Shown here: piece by piece, positions 45,350 to 45,974 of the stretch
Layout: every line of letters begins with the position of its first letter
How positions within the stretch are numbered: position 1 is the stretch's first letter
DNA from: Lachnospiraceae bacterium
GTDB taxonomy: Bacteria; Bacillota; Clostridia; Lachnospirales; Lachnospiraceae
NCBI GenBank assembly: GCA_017388745.1
Contig: JAFPHE010000033.1
Span: 1-45,974 of the forward strand
Direction of reading: 5' to 3'
DNA: 45,974 nt
Notes under the pieces: generated by a model
Seen by the model: only the letters and a program-made list of their open reading frames with translations
Database searches by the model: none
Told to the model about the DNA's origin: nothing
Made by a program: the position numbers and the translations under genes

Positions 45350-45974
45350 TGTTCCCCTTTCTGAAGAAAGCTGTAACCAACGCATTCACCAAACCCAGCA
45401 CGGAAGCATTTCCATGTCCGGAAGCGGAAGGCCTCGGCAAATACCGCGGCAGGATCGCATTTGACGGCGAGAAGTGCATCGACTGCGGTATGTGCATCAA
45501 GGTCTGTGCTCCGGCAGCGATCACGCTTGACCGTGAGGACGTAGAAGGCGGCCAGAATATCTGGCGTACCTTTGATCTGACCTCCTGCACCTTCTGTGCC
45601 ACCTGCGCTGATTTCTGCGAAGAGGGCGCGATCGAGATGACCACAGACTACCACATGGTAGGAACAAAGCATGAGGATCTGCTTGTCAAGGGTGTCACCT
45701 TCAAGAAGGCCATCATGGGCAATCTTGAGTGCGATATCGACAACTGTATCTACTGCGGTCTCTGCGCACGCAACTGCCCGCAGAACGCGATCACCGTGGA
45801 TCGTACGACCAAGACCTGGGAGATCGATCACGAGAAGTGCGTCAAGTGCGGCATCTGTATCGGCAAGTGCCCGAAGAAGGTCCTGAAGTTCGGCGAGCCG
45901 AAGCCCGAAGGCGTAGTATTCGACGAGAGCAAGTGCGTATACTGCACGCTCTGCGCGAAGAAGTGCCCGGTCGG
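45346..45974 (+). CDS. Polyferredoxin-type 4Fe-4S subunit (NuoI/MbhN-like N-terminus with extra clusters), 3' end outside the window
   Basis: Not in the supplied ORF track because there is no stop in the window. My translation is MMFPFLKKAVTNAF... with five CxxCxxCxxxC motifs: CIDCGMCIKVC, CTFCATCADFC, CIYCGLCARNC, CVKCGICIGKC, CVYCTLCAKKC. ATGA overlap with the small subunit. RBS GAGGGAGG. Confidence 0.85.
   Translation, partial: MMFPFLKKAVTNAFTKPSTEAFPCPEAEGLGKYRGRIAFDGEKCIDCGMCIKVCAPAAITLDREDVEGGQNIWRTFDLTSCTFCATCADFCEEGAIEMTTDYHMVGTKHEDLLVKGVTFKKAIMGNLECDIDNCIYCGLCARNCPQNAITVDRTTKTWEIDHEKCVKCGICIGKCPKKVLKFGEPKPEGVVFDESKCVYCTLCAKKCPV

Overview
This is a chromosomal window from a Firmicutes/Clostridia-like anaerobe. 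Support for that: GGAGG-type ribosome-binding sites (RBS) before almost every gene, plus PFOR, HemZ, Rel and GlnRS. No CRISPR array, rRNA, transposase or integrase was seen.

**1-24.3 kb (mostly + strand).**
- Housekeeping and small accessory genes: a HAD phosphatase fragment, aminopeptidase P, two esterase/alpha-beta hydrolases, a VOC protein, a DUF1805 protein, acylphosphatase and a YgjP-type hydrolase.
- A soluble FtsH-like AAA+/M41 protein lies convergent with, and overlapping, an XRE regulator.
- A stand-alone tRNA-Thr(GGU) has its own promoter and terminator.
- An oppB-C-D-F-A peptide ABC transporter follows. Its lipoprotein binding protein looks circularly permuted.
- Then come yegP-like, trmO (minus strand), rlmB, glnS, relA and hemZ.

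**24.6-32.3 kb.**
- nifJ (pyruvate:ferredoxin oxidoreductase, PFOR).
- On the minus strand, a YtrA-type GntR / ABC ATPase / giant permease operon with a perfect inverted-repeat operator.

**32.6 kb to the window end: a [NiFe]-hydrogenase island.**
- hypF-hypC-hypD-hypE is followed by a translationally coupled, Mrp-linked (Mbh-type, group 4) membrane-bound hydrogenase operon.
- Its gene order is unusual: NuoC-like, large subunit, embedded hypA, MrpE/F/G, MbhD/E/F, MrpC-like, a long MrpD-like subunit, NuoH-like, NuoB-like.
- It runs off the window in a polyferredoxin-type ORF that the supplied ORF track does not list.

**Most interesting items:** the rearranged hydrogenase operon and its apparent subunit fusions, the permuted OppA, and the pore-loop-less soluble FtsH-like protein.
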